A stretch of DNA of 64,000 bases, taken from NCBI RefSeq assembly GCF_057098645.1, contig NZ_CM169472.1. One strand, 5' to 3'. The notes beneath the pieces are model-generated. The model made no database searches and was not told where the DNA came from. It worked only from the letters and a program-made list of their open reading frames with translations. The position numbers and the translations under genes are program-made. This document shows, piece by piece, positions 1-15,128 of the stretch; within the stretch, counting starts at the first letter, position 1; the number at the start of each line of letters is the position of its first letter.

Positions 1-406
1 TTACGTGATTATTAAGTCGCCTTTTCAGGGCGATATAATCCACGCGCTTTTCCTTTACGTAATACTCAAGCCAGTAGGTGAGCGCATCGCCAACCGTTAC
101 GGGCTTTAACGCTTCCTGTACGGTGTAATTCATCTCATGACGTGGATTTTTCCCCTCAGCCAGCCATGTGCGACACTGTGCGGCTTTTTCCCTAGCTGCT
201 TTCAGGCTCAGATCAGGATAACTTCCCAGCTTAATGCGTTCGGGTCGTGTCTCCCTTCCCGTTCCGGCCCTGTATGTGAAATACCAGGTCAATTTCCCTG
301 ATGTTAAATATTTCACGCTCAGGTTTCCGCCATCACTATAAAACGTGTTTTTCTCCGCTGGCTTACCATGAAGTTTCCTTAGCAAGGTATCGCTCAGTTT
401 GTTCAT
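1..406 (-). CDS. Tyrosine recombinase / phage-type integrase, P4-like; only the N-terminal ~135 codons are in the window and the 3' end lies beyond the window start
   Basis: Minus-strand reading frame from ATG at 404-406 to position 1 has no stop. Translation MNKLSDTLLRKLHGKPAEKNTFYSDGGNLSVKYLTSGKLTWYFTYRAGTGRETRPERIKLGSYPDLSLKAAREKAAQCRTWLAEG... fits the arm-binding N-terminal domain pattern of P4-family integrases. Absent from the ORF track because it is truncated by the window edge. Confidence 0.6.
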   Translation of the reverse strand, partial: MNKLSDTLLRKLHGKPAEKNTFYSDGGNLSVKYLTSGKLTWYFTYRAGTGRETRPERIKLGSYPDLSLKAAREKAAQCRTWLAEGKNPRHEMNYTVQEALKPVTVGDALTYWLEYYVKEKRVDYIALKRRLNNHV

Positions 407-441
407 TGCTCTGCTCACGTTTTACCCCCTCTTTACGAAAA

Positions 442-465
442 AGTGACTACACCAGTGACTACACC
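442..465. repeat. Perfect 12-bp tandem direct repeat AGTGACTACACC x2 in the integrase upstream / junction region
   Basis: Read directly: agtgactacacc at 442-453 and again at 454-465, about 40 bp upstream of the integrase start codon. Confidence 0.9.
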
Positions 466-615
466 GATCGTTGCACAAAGGGCTACAACGTGAAACAAGC
501 TGGAACAAGGAAAATCACAAATCTGTTGATAATCAAAAACATAATGCACAGCCTGAAACATTATGAAACAGCAAAAAACACTAAATGATAAAATGCTGTT
601 ATTCTTAACCCGCTG

Positions 616-1500
616 GTGCAACACATGGTCCGCTGGCGAGTGCCGCGTGTACTGGCGGTGTCGATTTTGATGACCATCATCGTGATGGCTATGGTGTTGC
701 TGTTAGCTTATCTGGGTTCCGCGCTCAACGAGTTGACGCGGACGTTACCGCAATATCGCAACTCTATTATGACGCCGCTGCAAGCTCTTGAGCCGTTGTT
801 GCAACGCGTAGGGATTGACGTCTCAGTTGACCAGCTGGCGCATTACATTGATCCGAACGCGGCGATGACGTTGCTCACCAACTTATTGACGCAGTTATCT
901 AATGCCATGTCATCAATATTTTTATTGCTGCTGACGGTGCTGTTTATGCTGCTCGAAGTGCCACAATTGCCCGGAAAATTTCAGCAAATGATGGCGCGTC
1001 CGGTTGAAGGGATGGCGGCGATTCAGCGTGCGATTGACAGTGTGTCTCATTATCTGGTGCTGAAAACAGCCATCAGCATCATCACCGGCCTGGTCGCATG
1101 GGCGATGCTCGCCGCCCTCGATGTTCGCTTCGCTTTTGTCTGGGGATTGCTGGCCTTTGCGCTTAATTACATCCCTAATATTGGTTCAGTTCTCGCGGCA
1201 ATCCCCCCTATCGCTCAGGTACTGGTGTTTAATGGCTTCTACGAAGCGTTGCTGGTGCTGGCGGGATATCTGCTGATTAATCTGGTCTTCGGCAATATTC
1301 TGGAGCCGCGCATCATGGGACGTGGGCTGGGGCTTTCGACATTGGTGGTATTTTTGTCGTTGATTTTTTGGGGATGGTTGTTAGGACCGGTGGGTATGCT
1401 GCTTTCCGTGCCGTTGACAATTATTGTCAAAATTGCGCTTGAACAAACAGCGGGAGGTCAAAGCATCGCCGTTCTGTTAAGCGATCTCAATAAAGAGTGA
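616..1500 (+). CDS. tqsA: AI-2 exporter TqsA (AI-2E/PerM family), apparently 5'-truncated; 294 codons from GTG 616, with an in-frame ATG at 625
   Basis: 294-aa ORF of a polytopic membrane protein; synteny with pntB. The in-frame upstream sequence (466-615) is non-hydrophobic and carries stops at 586-591. K-12 TqsA is 344 aa as I recall. Confidence 0.8.
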
Positions 1501-1521
1501 CGGCCTCCGCAGAGGCCGTCA
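1498..1521. terminator. Hairpin between convergent tqsA and pntB (10-bp stem tgacggcctc / gaggccgtca)
   Basis: Inverted repeat read directly; it sits between the two convergent stop codons. No strong U-tract. Confidence 0.5.
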
Positions 1522-1524
1522 GGG

Positions 1525-2916
<1,392 letters not shown>

Positions 2917-2923
2917 TTACCCC

Positions 2924-4519
<1,596 letters not shown>

Positions 4520-4979
4520 TCATGTACGAGCTAAATGTTACTCCGTTAAAATAAATTAGTAACAAACGCCCTATAACGTACTGAAAATTATGCCTGTGAT
4601 CTAGCGCCAAAAATCAGTATTTCGGCGTGAACTCGCAAAATATTAACGATTCAGCCGTGATAGTGGGATAAACACCTTAGAACGCCGGATAAAGACTGAT
4701 AATTGTCTTCGACGGTCGGGTAAAACGAGACATCGCCCCGGCACGAATCACTACTTAACATTAAATTAACTTATACAATTCAGTTGCTTCAGTAGTAATG
4801 ATGCTGATACGGCTGTTTTTTAAGCATAGACGGTCATTTGAGCAGGATTAAAATTGGCTTAAGGAATGTGATATGAAAAATGACGCAGACAGTTACACCG
4901 TTTAAATGCAATAATCAGCCACGTTTCTCGTTAATAACAATACCAGTACCTGGTTTGCGCAAGGCGAAGGATTATTTTT

Positions 4980-5924
4980 ATGAAGCTTAAGAACACCCTC
5001 CTGGCGTCGGCACTGCTTTCTGCTACGGCATTCTCCGTTAACGCAGCAACAGAACTGACACCGGAGCAAGCGGCAGCGGTTAAACCTTTTGACCGTGTAG
5101 TGGTTACCGGTCGTTTTAATGCTATTGGCGAAGCGGTGAAAGCCGTTTCTCGTCGCGCAGATAAAGAAGGTGCCGCCTCTTTTTATGTTGTCGACACTTC
5201 TGATTTTGGTAACAGCGGTAACTGGCGTGTGGTCGCTGACCTCTATAAAGCCGATGCTGAAAAAGCAGAAGAAACAAGTAATCGCGTAATTAACGGTGTT
5301 GTCGAACTGCCGAAAGATCAGGCTGTTCTGATTGAACCGTTTGACACGGTCACCGTCCAGGGCTTCTATCGTAGCCAGCCAGAAGTCAATGATGCCATTA
5401 CCAAAGCGGCAAAAGCGAAAGGTGCCTACTCTTTCTACATCGTTCGTCAAATCGATGCCAACCAAGGCGGCAACCAGCGTATTACTGCATTCATCTATAA
5501 AAAAGATGCTAAGAAACGTATCGTCCAGAGCCCGGATGTGATCCCGGCAGATTCCGAAGCAGGACGTGCAGCTCTGGCTGCCGGTGGCGAAGCCGCGAAG
5601 AAAGTTGAGATCCCGGGTGTTGCGACTACCGCATCACCAAGTTCTGAAGTCGGTCGCTTCTTTGAAACCCAGTCATCAAAAGGCGGGCGTTACACCGTCA
5701 CGCTCCCGGATGGCACTAAAGTCGAAGAACTGAACAAAGCGACCGCAGCGATGATGGTCCCGTTCGACAGCATCAAATTCTCTGGCAACTACGGCAACAT
5801 GACCGAAGTCTCCTATCAGGTTGCGAAACGTGCCGCGAAGAAAGGTGCTAAGTATTACCACATCACCCGCCAGTGGCAGGAACGTGGTAATAACCTGACC
5901 GTCAGCGCAGATCTGTATAAATAA
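4980..5924 (+). CDS. ydgH: Periplasmic DUF1471-family protein YdgH (signal peptide)
   Basis: 314-aa ORF with N-terminal signal peptide; synteny. Confidence 0.85.
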   Translation: MKLKNTLLASALLSATAFSVNAATELTPEQAAAVKPFDRVVVTGRFNAIGEAVKAVSRRADKEGAASFYVVDTSDFGNSGNWRVVADLYKADAEKAEETSNRVINGVVELPKDQAVLIEPFDTVTVQGFYRSQPEVNDAITKAAKAKGAYSFYIVRQIDANQGGNQRITAFIYKKDAKKRIVQSPDVIPADSEAGRAALAAGGEAAKKVEIPGVATTASPSSEVGRFFETQSSKGGRYTVTLPDGTKVEELNKATAAMMVPFDSIKFSGNYGNMTEVSYQVAKRAAKKGAKYYHITRQWQERGNNLTVSADLYK

Positions 5925-5943
5925 CTATTCAGTTACTCCTATA

Positions 5944-5974
5944 AGGCGGCTTGATGCCGCCTTTCGCATTTTTA
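5944..5974 (+). terminator. Rho-independent terminator after ydgH
   Basis: Stem ggcggc / gccgcc with loop ttgat, followed by a T-rich tract tttcgcattttt. Confidence 0.65.
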
Positions 5975-6109
5975 GTCACAAATTTCCCCGCGACCATTGC
6001 ATGCAGACACATCTCTTCGTAAAATCCCGCGCTTCAGTGGCAAACTCCATTTTTATGCGTTTTGCCCTAATATTTATTCTTCTTATCACGTTTTAATCAC
6101 TGGATATCG

Positions 6110-7492
6110 ATGGAAAAGAAACTGGGACTGAGCGCACTCACCGCGCTGGTATTAAGCTCAATGCTGGGCGCGGGTGTTTTCAGTCTGCCGCAAAATATGG
6201 CGGCAGTTGCCAGCCCGGCAGCACTGCTCATCGGCTGGGGTATTACTGGCGCTGGCATTTTATTGCTGGCCTTTGCCATGCTGATCCTCACGCGCATTCG
6301 TCCCGAACTTGACGGCGGTATCTTTACCTATGCCCGCGAAGGGTTTGGCGAGCTAATCGGCTTTTGTTCCGCATGGGGATACTGGCTGTGTGCAGTCATC
6401 GCCAACGTCTCCTATCTGGTGATCGTTTTTTCCGCGTTAAGCTTTTTTACGGACACGCCGGAATTGCGCCTGTTTGGCGATGGTAATACCTGGCAATCGA
6501 TCGTCGGTGCATCGGCTTTATTGTGGATTGTTCACTTTTTGATCCTGCGCGGGGTGCAAACCGCTGCCAGCATTAACCTGGTGGCGACACTGGCAAAATT
6601 GTTGCCGCTGGGTCTGTTTGTTGTGCTGGCGATGATGATGTTCAAACTGGATACCTTCAAGCTCGACTTCACCGGACTTGCACTTGGCGTACCTGTTTGG
6701 GAACAGGTGAAAAACACCATGCTGATCACCCTGTGGGTTTTCATTGGTGTGGAAGGTGCCGTGGTTGTTTCTGCCCGTGCGCGTAATAAACGTGATGTTG
6801 GCAAAGCGACACTGCTGGCGGTTCTCTCCGCTCTGGGCGTTTACTTGCTGGTAACGCTGCTTTCGCTGGGTGTGGTGGCACGTCCTGAACTGGCTGAAAT
6901 TCGTAACCCGTCAATGGCCGGTCTGATGGTGGAAATGATGGGACCGTGGGGCGAAATCATCATCGCTGCCGGTTTGATCGTTTCCGTTTGCGGCGCGTAC
7001 TTAAGCTGGACCATCATGGCGGCAGAAGTTCCGTTCCTGGCTGCCACTCATAAAGCATTCCCACGCATTTTTGCGCGCCAGAACGCACAAGCTGCGCCAT
7101 CCGCCTCACTGTGGTTGACCAACATCTGCGTGCAAATTTGTCTGGTACTCATCTGGCTGACCGGTTCCGATTACAACACGTTGCTGACCATCGCCTCAGA
7201 AATGATTCTGGTGCCCTATTTCCTGGTCGGCGCGTTCTTGCTGAAAATCGCAACCCGTCCACTGCATAAAGCGGTAGGTGTCGGTGCCTGCATTTATGGC
7301 TTATGGTTATTGTACGCCTCTGGTCCAATGCACTTGCTGTTATCCGTTGTTCTGTATGCACCGGGGCTGCTGGTTTTCCTGTATGCGCGCAAAACGCATA
7401 CACATGATAATGTACTGAACCGTCAGGAAATGGTGCTGATTGGCATGCTGTTAATTGCCTCAGTTCCGGCGACCTGGATGCTGGTGGGATAA
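6110..7492 (+). CDS. ydgI: Putative arginine/ornithine antiporter (APC family amino acid transporter)
   Basis: 460-aa polytopic membrane ORF; synteny. Confidence 0.85.
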   Translation: MEKKLGLSALTALVLSSMLGAGVFSLPQNMAAVASPAALLIGWGITGAGILLLAFAMLILTRIRPELDGGIFTYAREGFGELIGFCSAWGYWLCAVIANVSYLVIVFSALSFFTDTPELRLFGDGNTWQSIVGASALLWIVHFLILRGVQTAASINLVATLAKLLPLGLFVVLAMMMFKLDTFKLDFTGLALGVPVWEQVKNTMLITLWVFIGVEGAVVVSARARNKRDVGKATLLAVLSALGVYLLVTLLSLGVVARPELAEIRNPSMAGLMVEMMGPWGEIIIAAGLIVSVCGAYLSWTIMAAEVPFLAATHKAFPRIFARQNAQAAPSASLWLTNICVQICLVLIWLTGSDYNTLLTIASEMILVPYFLVGAFLLKIATRPLHKAVGVGACIYGLWLLYASGPMHLLLSVVLYAPGLLVFLYARKTHTHDNVLNRQEMVLIGMLLIASVPATWMLVG

Positions 7493-7528
7493 CGTTCATC
7501 CCATCGTTGGATAGCAAAGGAGATAACG

Positions 7529-8251
7529 ATGGGTAAAACCCAGCCCTTGCCAATATTAATTACTGGCGGAGGTCGTCGCATCGGCCTCGCCCTCGCATGG
7601 CATTTCATTAATCAAAAGCAACCGGTGATTGTCAGCTATCGGACACACTATCCAGCCATTGATGGACTGATTAATGCAGGTGCGCAGTGTATTCAGGCTG
7701 ATTTTTCGACCAACGACGGTGTGATGGCGTTTGCCGATGAAGTACTAAAAAGCACCCATGGTCTGCGTGCTATTTTGCATAACGCCAGTGCGTGGATGGC
7801 GGAAAAACCGGGTGCGCCACTGGCCGACGTACTGGCTTGCATGATGCAGATCCACGTTAATACCCCATACCTGCTCAACCATGCGCTGGAAAGATTACTG
7901 CGTGGGCACGGACACGCCGCCAGCGATATCATTCACTTTACCGATTATGTGGTGGAGCGCGGTAGCGACAAACATATTGCGTATGCTGCAAGCAAAGCGG
8001 CACTGGATAATATGACCCGCTCGTTTGCCCGCAAGCTGGCACCGGAAGTGAAAGTGAATTCTATTGCGCCATCGCTGATCCTGTTTAATGAACATGATGA
8101 TGCCGAATATCGACAACAGGCGCTGAATAAATCACTGATGAAAACCGCGCCTGGCGAGAAAGAAGTGATCGACCTGGTCGATTACTTACTTACCAGCTGC
8201 TTTGTCACCGGACGCAGTTTCCCACTTGATGGCGGTCGTCATCTGCGTTAA
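7529..8251 (+). CDS. folM: Dihydromonapterin reductase / dihydrofolate reductase (SDR family)
   Basis: 240-aa ORF with an SDR Rossmann N-terminus (ITGGGRRIGLALA); synteny. Confidence 0.88.
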   Translation: MGKTQPLPILITGGGRRIGLALAWHFINQKQPVIVSYRTHYPAIDGLINAGAQCIQADFSTNDGVMAFADEVLKSTHGLRAILHNASAWMAEKPGAPLADVLACMMQIHVNTPYLLNHALERLLRGHGHAASDIIHFTDYVVERGSDKHIAYAASKAALDNMTRSFARKLAPEVKVNSIAPSLILFNEHDDAEYRQQALNKSLMKTAPGEKEVIDLVDYLLTSCFVTGRSFPLDGGRHLR

Positions 8252-8583
8252 TGCAGCTTAATCCAGCATATAATCAACACCCATGCGCTTATCCCCCAGC
8301 ACGCAACAGAACCAACAAAAGCAGCGGGCAAGCGCATCATTCCGGTGAAATACCATAGCGACACCAGGTAAACAAAATAGGGAATAATCGACCACATGCT
8401 AAAAATGATGGTTGCGCGCAAGGCTTCAATGCCACGTTCGCTGGCAACAATATAATGCGCGATGAGCGCAAAGGTCGGGAAAAGTGGAATCAGCCCGGCG
8501 ATATAATAATTTTTCGTTTTTGCTAAAACACCAATCAACAGCACTACCAGCGCACCGAGCGCGGCTTTGATTACCAGCCCCAT
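8248..8583 (-). CDS. ydgC: Small inner-membrane protein (GlpM family)
   Basis: 111-aa hydrophobic ORF; its 3' end overlaps the folM stop by 4 bp. Confidence 0.8.
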   Translation of the reverse strand: MGLVIKAALGALVVLLIGVLAKTKNYYIAGLIPLFPTFALIAHYIVASERGIEALRATIIFSMWSIIPYFVYLVSLWYFTGMMRLPAAFVGSVACWGISAWVLIICWIKLH

Positions 8584-8711
8584 CTTTTTACCTTAACACT
8601 TCCATAACAAGTCATCAGTAGAATACCTGATGAAAACTTGTTTAGAAACGATTGATAGTAAGTAAAAACAGCGCGGTGTATTGTGACGTTTTTATATCTA
8701 CCGTGAATGTT

Positions 8712-9431
8712 ATGAACACTATCGTATTTGTGGAAGATGATGCGGAAGTCGGTTCACTGATTGCCGCGTACCTGGCAAAACATGATATGCAGGTTACCGT
8801 AGAGCCGCGCGGCGACCAGGCCGAAGAAACCATTTTGCGAGAAAATCCGGATTTGGTGTTACTCGACATCATGCTACCAGGCAAGGACGGCATGACCATT
8901 TGTCGTGATTTACGCGCAAAGTGGTCTGGACCGATTGTTCTTCTAACCTCTCTCGATAGCGATATGAACCACATCCTGGCACTGGAAATGGGTGCCTGCG
9001 ACTATATTCTCAAAACGACGCCCCCTGCTGTTTTGTTAGCGCGTTTACGTTTGCATTTGCGTCAGAATGAGCAAGCCACGCTGACCAAAGGTCTTCAGGA
9101 AACGTCACTGACTCCCTACAAAGCCCTGCATTTCGGCACGTTGACCATCGATCCTATCAACCGCGTAGTCACCCTGGCTAACACTGAAATCTCGCTCTCG
9201 ACAGCTGATTTCGAATTATTGTGGGAATTAGCTACCCATGCCGGGCAAATCATGGACCGCGATGCATTGCTGAAAAATTTACGCGGCGTCAGTTATGACG
9301 GACTGGATCGTAGCGTGGACGTGGCTATTTCGCGGTTAAGAAAAAAACTGCTCGATAACGCCGCAGAACCTTATCGCATTAAAACTGTGCGTAACAAAGG
9401 CTATCTTTTTGCGCCTCATGCATGGGAATAA
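8712..9431 (+). CDS. rstA: Two-component response regulator RstA (OmpR family)
   Basis: ORF 8652-9431; start taken at the internal Met MNTIVFVEDD, giving 239 aa; receiver plus winged-helix domains. Confidence 0.9.
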   Translation: MNTIVFVEDDAEVGSLIAAYLAKHDMQVTVEPRGDQAEETILRENPDLVLLDIMLPGKDGMTICRDLRAKWSGPIVLLTSLDSDMNHILALEMGACDYILKTTPPAVLLARLRLHLRQNEQATLTKGLQETSLTPYKALHFGTLTIDPINRVVTLANTEISLSTADFELLWELATHAGQIMDRDALLKNLRGVSYDGLDRSVDVAISRLRKKLLDNAAEPYRIKTVRNKGYLFAPHAWE

Positions 9432-9434
9432 GCG

Positions 9435-10736
9435 ATGAAAAAACTGTTTATCCAGTTTTACCTGTTATTGTTTGTCTGCTTCCTTGTGATGTCTCTGCTG
9501 GTTGGGCTGGTGTACAAATTTACCGCCGAACGCGCGGGCAAACAGTCGCTGGATGATTTGATGAACAGTTCGCTGTATCTGATGCGCAGCGAATTGCGTG
9601 AGATCCCCCCACACGACTGGGGTAAGACGCTGAAAGAGATGGATTTAAATCTCTCTTTCGATCTGCGTGTCGAGCCACTGAGTAAATACCATCTTGATGA
9701 TATTTCCATGCACCGACTGCGTGGCGGCGAAATTGTCGCCCTGGACGATCAGTACACGTTTTTGCAGCGTATCCCGCGCAGCCACTACGTGCTGGCAGTT
9801 GGTCCTGTTCCTTATCTTTATTATCTCCATCAGATGCGATTGCTGGATATCGCCCTGATCGCTTTTATTGCTATTTCCCTCGCCTTTCCGGTGTTTATCT
9901 GGATGCGTCCGCACTGGCAGGATATGTTAAAACTGGAAGCAGCGGCGCAACGATTTGGCGATGGGCATCTCAATGAACGTATCCACTTTGATGAGGGTTC
10001 GAGCTTTGAACGACTTGGTATCGCATTTAACCAGATGGCGGACAATATCAACGCCTTGATTGCCAGCAAAAAACAGCTTATTGACGGTATCGCTCACGAA
10101 CTGCGAACACCGTTAGTGCGCCTGCGTTATCGACTGGAGATGAGCGATAACCTGAGCGCCGCCGAATCCCAGGCGTTGAATCGCGATATCAGTCAACTTG
10201 AAGCTTTAATTGAAGAGCTGCTGACTTATGCCCGACTCGATCGCCCACAAAACGAGCTTCATCTTAGCGAACCAGACCTGCCGTTGTGGCTATCAACGCA
10301 TCTGGCAGATATTCAGGCAGTAACGCCCGATAAAACGGTACGGATAAAAACGCTCATGCAAGGCCATTATGCGGCGTTGGATATGCGCTTAATGGAGCGC
10401 GTGCTGGATAATTTGCTCAATAACGCCCTGCGCTACTGCCATTCAACGGTTGAAACCAGCCTGCTACTGTCGGGGAATAGAGCGACATTAATTGTTGAGG
10501 ATGATGGCCCAGGGATTGCCCCAGAAAACCGCGAACATATCTTTGAACCTTTTGTGCGCCTCGATCCCAGCCGGGATCGCTCAACCGGCGGCTGCGGGCT
10601 GGGGCTGGCAATTGTCCACTCTATAGCACTGGCAATGGGCGGTACGGTTAATTGTGACACCAGCGAACTGGGTGGTGCCCGCTTCTCGTTTAGCTGGCCG
10701 TTATGGCATAACATCCCGCAATTTACCTCTGCTTGA
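9435..10736 (+). CDS. rstB: Sensor histidine kinase RstB
   Basis: 433-aa ORF with TM segments, HAMP domain, H-box (IAHELRTPL) and ATPase domain; directly downstream of rstA. Confidence 0.9.
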   Translation: MKKLFIQFYLLLFVCFLVMSLLVGLVYKFTAERAGKQSLDDLMNSSLYLMRSELREIPPHDWGKTLKEMDLNLSFDLRVEPLSKYHLDDISMHRLRGGEIVALDDQYTFLQRIPRSHYVLAVGPVPYLYYLHQMRLLDIALIAFIAISLAFPVFIWMRPHWQDMLKLEAAAQRFGDGHLNERIHFDEGSSFERLGIAFNQMADNINALIASKKQLIDGIAHELRTPLVRLRYRLEMSDNLSAAESQALNRDISQLEALIEELLTYARLDRPQNELHLSEPDLPLWLSTHLADIQAVTPDKTVRIKTLMQGHYAALDMRLMERVLDNLLNNALRYCHSTVETSLLLSGNRATLIVEDDGPGIAPENREHIFEPFVRLDPSRDRSTGGCGLGLAIVHSIALAMGGTVNCDTSELGGARFSFSWPLWHNIPQFTSA

Positions 10737-10778
10737 CACTACGCGCACGGTGGTCAAGTCACCACCACTGTGCTATAA

Positions 10779-13141
<2,363 letters not shown>

Positions 13142-13253
13142 GGCCTGCTCCTCACCTGATTAATTTTTTCTTTCTGTTTTGCTTTCGTTAAGCAACTTTT
13201 AGCTCGCTTATTATTTACCATTTGATAACAAATGTTTGGTCTTTCGTGCCATG

Positions 13254-13279
13254 TAAAAAAACCGCCCCGAAGGGCGGCT
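13254..13279 (-). terminator. Rho-independent terminator after fumA
   Basis: On the minus strand: gccgccc-ttcg-gggcggt followed by ttttttt, immediately 3' of the fumA stop. Confidence 0.7.
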
Positions 13280-13283
13280 CTGT

Positions 13284-14930
13284 TTATTTCACACAGCGGG
13301 TGCATTGTGTGAGTTGTATCTGCTGGAAGAAGTCATTTCCTTTATCATCCACAAGGATAAACGCCGGGAAATCTTCCACTTCAATTTTCCAGATGGCTTC
13401 CATTCCCAGTTCCGGATATTCAACACATTCCAGGCTCTTAATACTTCCCTGCGCCAATACAGCGGCCGGACCACCGATACTGCCAAGGTAGAAGCCGCCG
13501 TGTTTTTTACAGGCATCCGTCACCTGCTGGCTGCGGTTGCCTTTCGCCAGCATGATCATACTTCCGCCCTGCGCTTGCAGTTGATCGACATAAGAATCCA
13601 TCCGTCCGGCGGTCGTTGGGCCAAGAGAACCGGAGGCATAACCTTCCGGCGTTTTGGCCGGACCCGCGTAGTAAATCGGATGATCTTTAATGTACTGCGG
13701 CAGCCCTTCACCGTTATCCATCCGCTCTTTCAGTTTGGCGTGAGCAATATCACGACCAACGATAATCGTGCCGTTAAGCGATAAGCGTGTAGAAACGGGA
13801 TACTGCGACAACTGTGCGAGGATCTCTTTCATCGGACGGTTAAGGTCAACGCGCACCGCTTCGCCTTCTCCCGCTTTGCGCAGCTCTTCCGGGATATATT
13901 TGCCTGGATTATGTTCCAGTTTTTCGATCCAGATCCCCTGACGGTTGATCTTCGCTTTGATATTACGGTCAGCAGAGCAGGAGACGCCCATACCGACCGG
14001 GCAGGATGCGCCGTGACGTGGCAGGCGAATCACGCGGATGTCGTGAGCGAAGTATTTACCACCAAACTGCGCACCCAGACCAAGATTTTGCGCTTCGATC
14101 AGCAATTCTTTTTCCAGTTCCACATCGCGGAACGCCTGACCGTGCTCATTCCCTTCCGTTGGCAGTTCATCATAGTATTTCGCGGAAGCCAGTTTCACCG
14201 TTTTAAGGTTCGTTTCTGCAGAAGTTCCACCAATAACGAACGCAATATGATACGGAGGACAGGCCGCCGTACCCAGCGTGCGCATCTTCTCAACCAAGTA
14301 ATTTTTCAGTTTCCCCGGCGTCAGTAACGCTTTGGTTTCCTGATAGAGATACGTCTTGTTTGCCGAACCACCACCTTTGGCGATACAGAGGAATTTGTAT
14401 TCGTCGCCATCAACGGCATAAAGATCGATCTGCGCTGGCAGATTGGTGCCGGTATTCACTTCTTTATACATATCCAGCGGCGCGTTTTGCGAGTAGCGCA
14501 GATTATCTTCGATATAAGTGTTATAGACACCGCGCGCCAGCGCCGCTTCATCACCACCACCGGTCCATACACGCTGCCCTTTTTTACCAACAATAATCGC
14601 GGTGCCGGTATCCTGACAGGTTGGCAGAACGCCTTTCGCCGCGATGTCGGAGTTACGCAGGAATTGCAGCGCCACATATTTATCATTTTCGCTGGCCTCC
14701 GGGTCACGCAGAATGTCGGCCACCTGTTGTTGGTGAGCCGGACGCAGCATAAACGACGCATCATGAAACGCCTGACGCGCCAACAGAGTTAACGCTTCGG
14801 GTGCGACTTTCAAAATCTCCTGCCCTTCAAATTCAGATACGCTAACGTGTTCGCTGGTTAGCAGGTAATACTCAGTATCATCTTTTTTGAGTGGAAAAGG
14901 AGCCTGATAATGAAAGGGTTTGTTTGACAT
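13284..14930 (-). CDS. fumA: Fumarate hydratase class I (Fe-S dependent)
   Basis: 548-aa ORF; synteny with fumC and manA. Confidence 0.93.
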   Translation of the reverse strand: MSNKPFHYQAPFPLKKDDTEYYLLTSEHVSVSEFEGQEILKVAPEALTLLARQAFHDASFMLRPAHQQQVADILRDPEASENDKYVALQFLRNSDIAAKGVLPTCQDTGTAIIVGKKGQRVWTGGGDEAALARGVYNTYIEDNLRYSQNAPLDMYKEVNTGTNLPAQIDLYAVDGDEYKFLCIAKGGGSANKTYLYQETKALLTPGKLKNYLVEKMRTLGTAACPPYHIAFVIGGTSAETNLKTVKLASAKYYDELPTEGNEHGQAFRDVELEKELLIEAQNLGLGAQFGGKYFAHDIRVIRLPRHGASCPVGMGVSCSADRNIKAKINRQGIWIEKLEHNPGKYIPEELRKAGEGEAVRVDLNRPMKEILAQLSQYPVSTRLSLNGTIIVGRDIAHAKLKERMDNGEGLPQYIKDHPIYYAGPAKTPEGYASGSLGPTTAGRMDSYVDQLQAQGGSMIMLAKGNRSQQVTDACKKHGGFYLGSIGGPAAVLAQGSIKSLECVEYPELGMEAIWKIEVEDFPAFILVDDKGNDFFQQIQLTQCTRCVK

Positions 14931-15128
14931 TGTTCTCTCACTTACTGCCTGGTTTGGTTATGCTCTGGGCGGGTGTTCCGTTGCCCTGTTAAAAGCGAGT
15001 AACAATATCCTACACACTTTTTTAACAAAAACTGAGACTAGTACGACTTTTTGCGGCTCCAGGTTACTTCCCGTAGGATTCTTGCTTTAATAGCGGGATT
15101 AATTTCCACATTAAAACAGGGATTGATC

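Noticed and set aside
301-624. ORFs 301-588 (+, 95 aa) and 433-624 (-, 63 aa) in the integrase/tqsA junction
   Set aside because: Both overlap the integrase coding frame or its AT-rich upstream region, have no recognisable domain or RBS, and are best explained as chance ORFs.
4902-5465. 187-aa minus-strand ORF overlapping the ydgH start
   Set aside because: Overlaps the ydgH signal peptide region and pntA promoter, with no domain signature; ydgH on the plus strand is the supported gene.
8639-8655. Possible PhoP box (TGTTTA-N5-GATTGA) upstream of rstA
   Set aside because: Only the first half-site matches the (T/G)GTTTA consensus; the second is poor. Too weak to annotate without a matrix scan.
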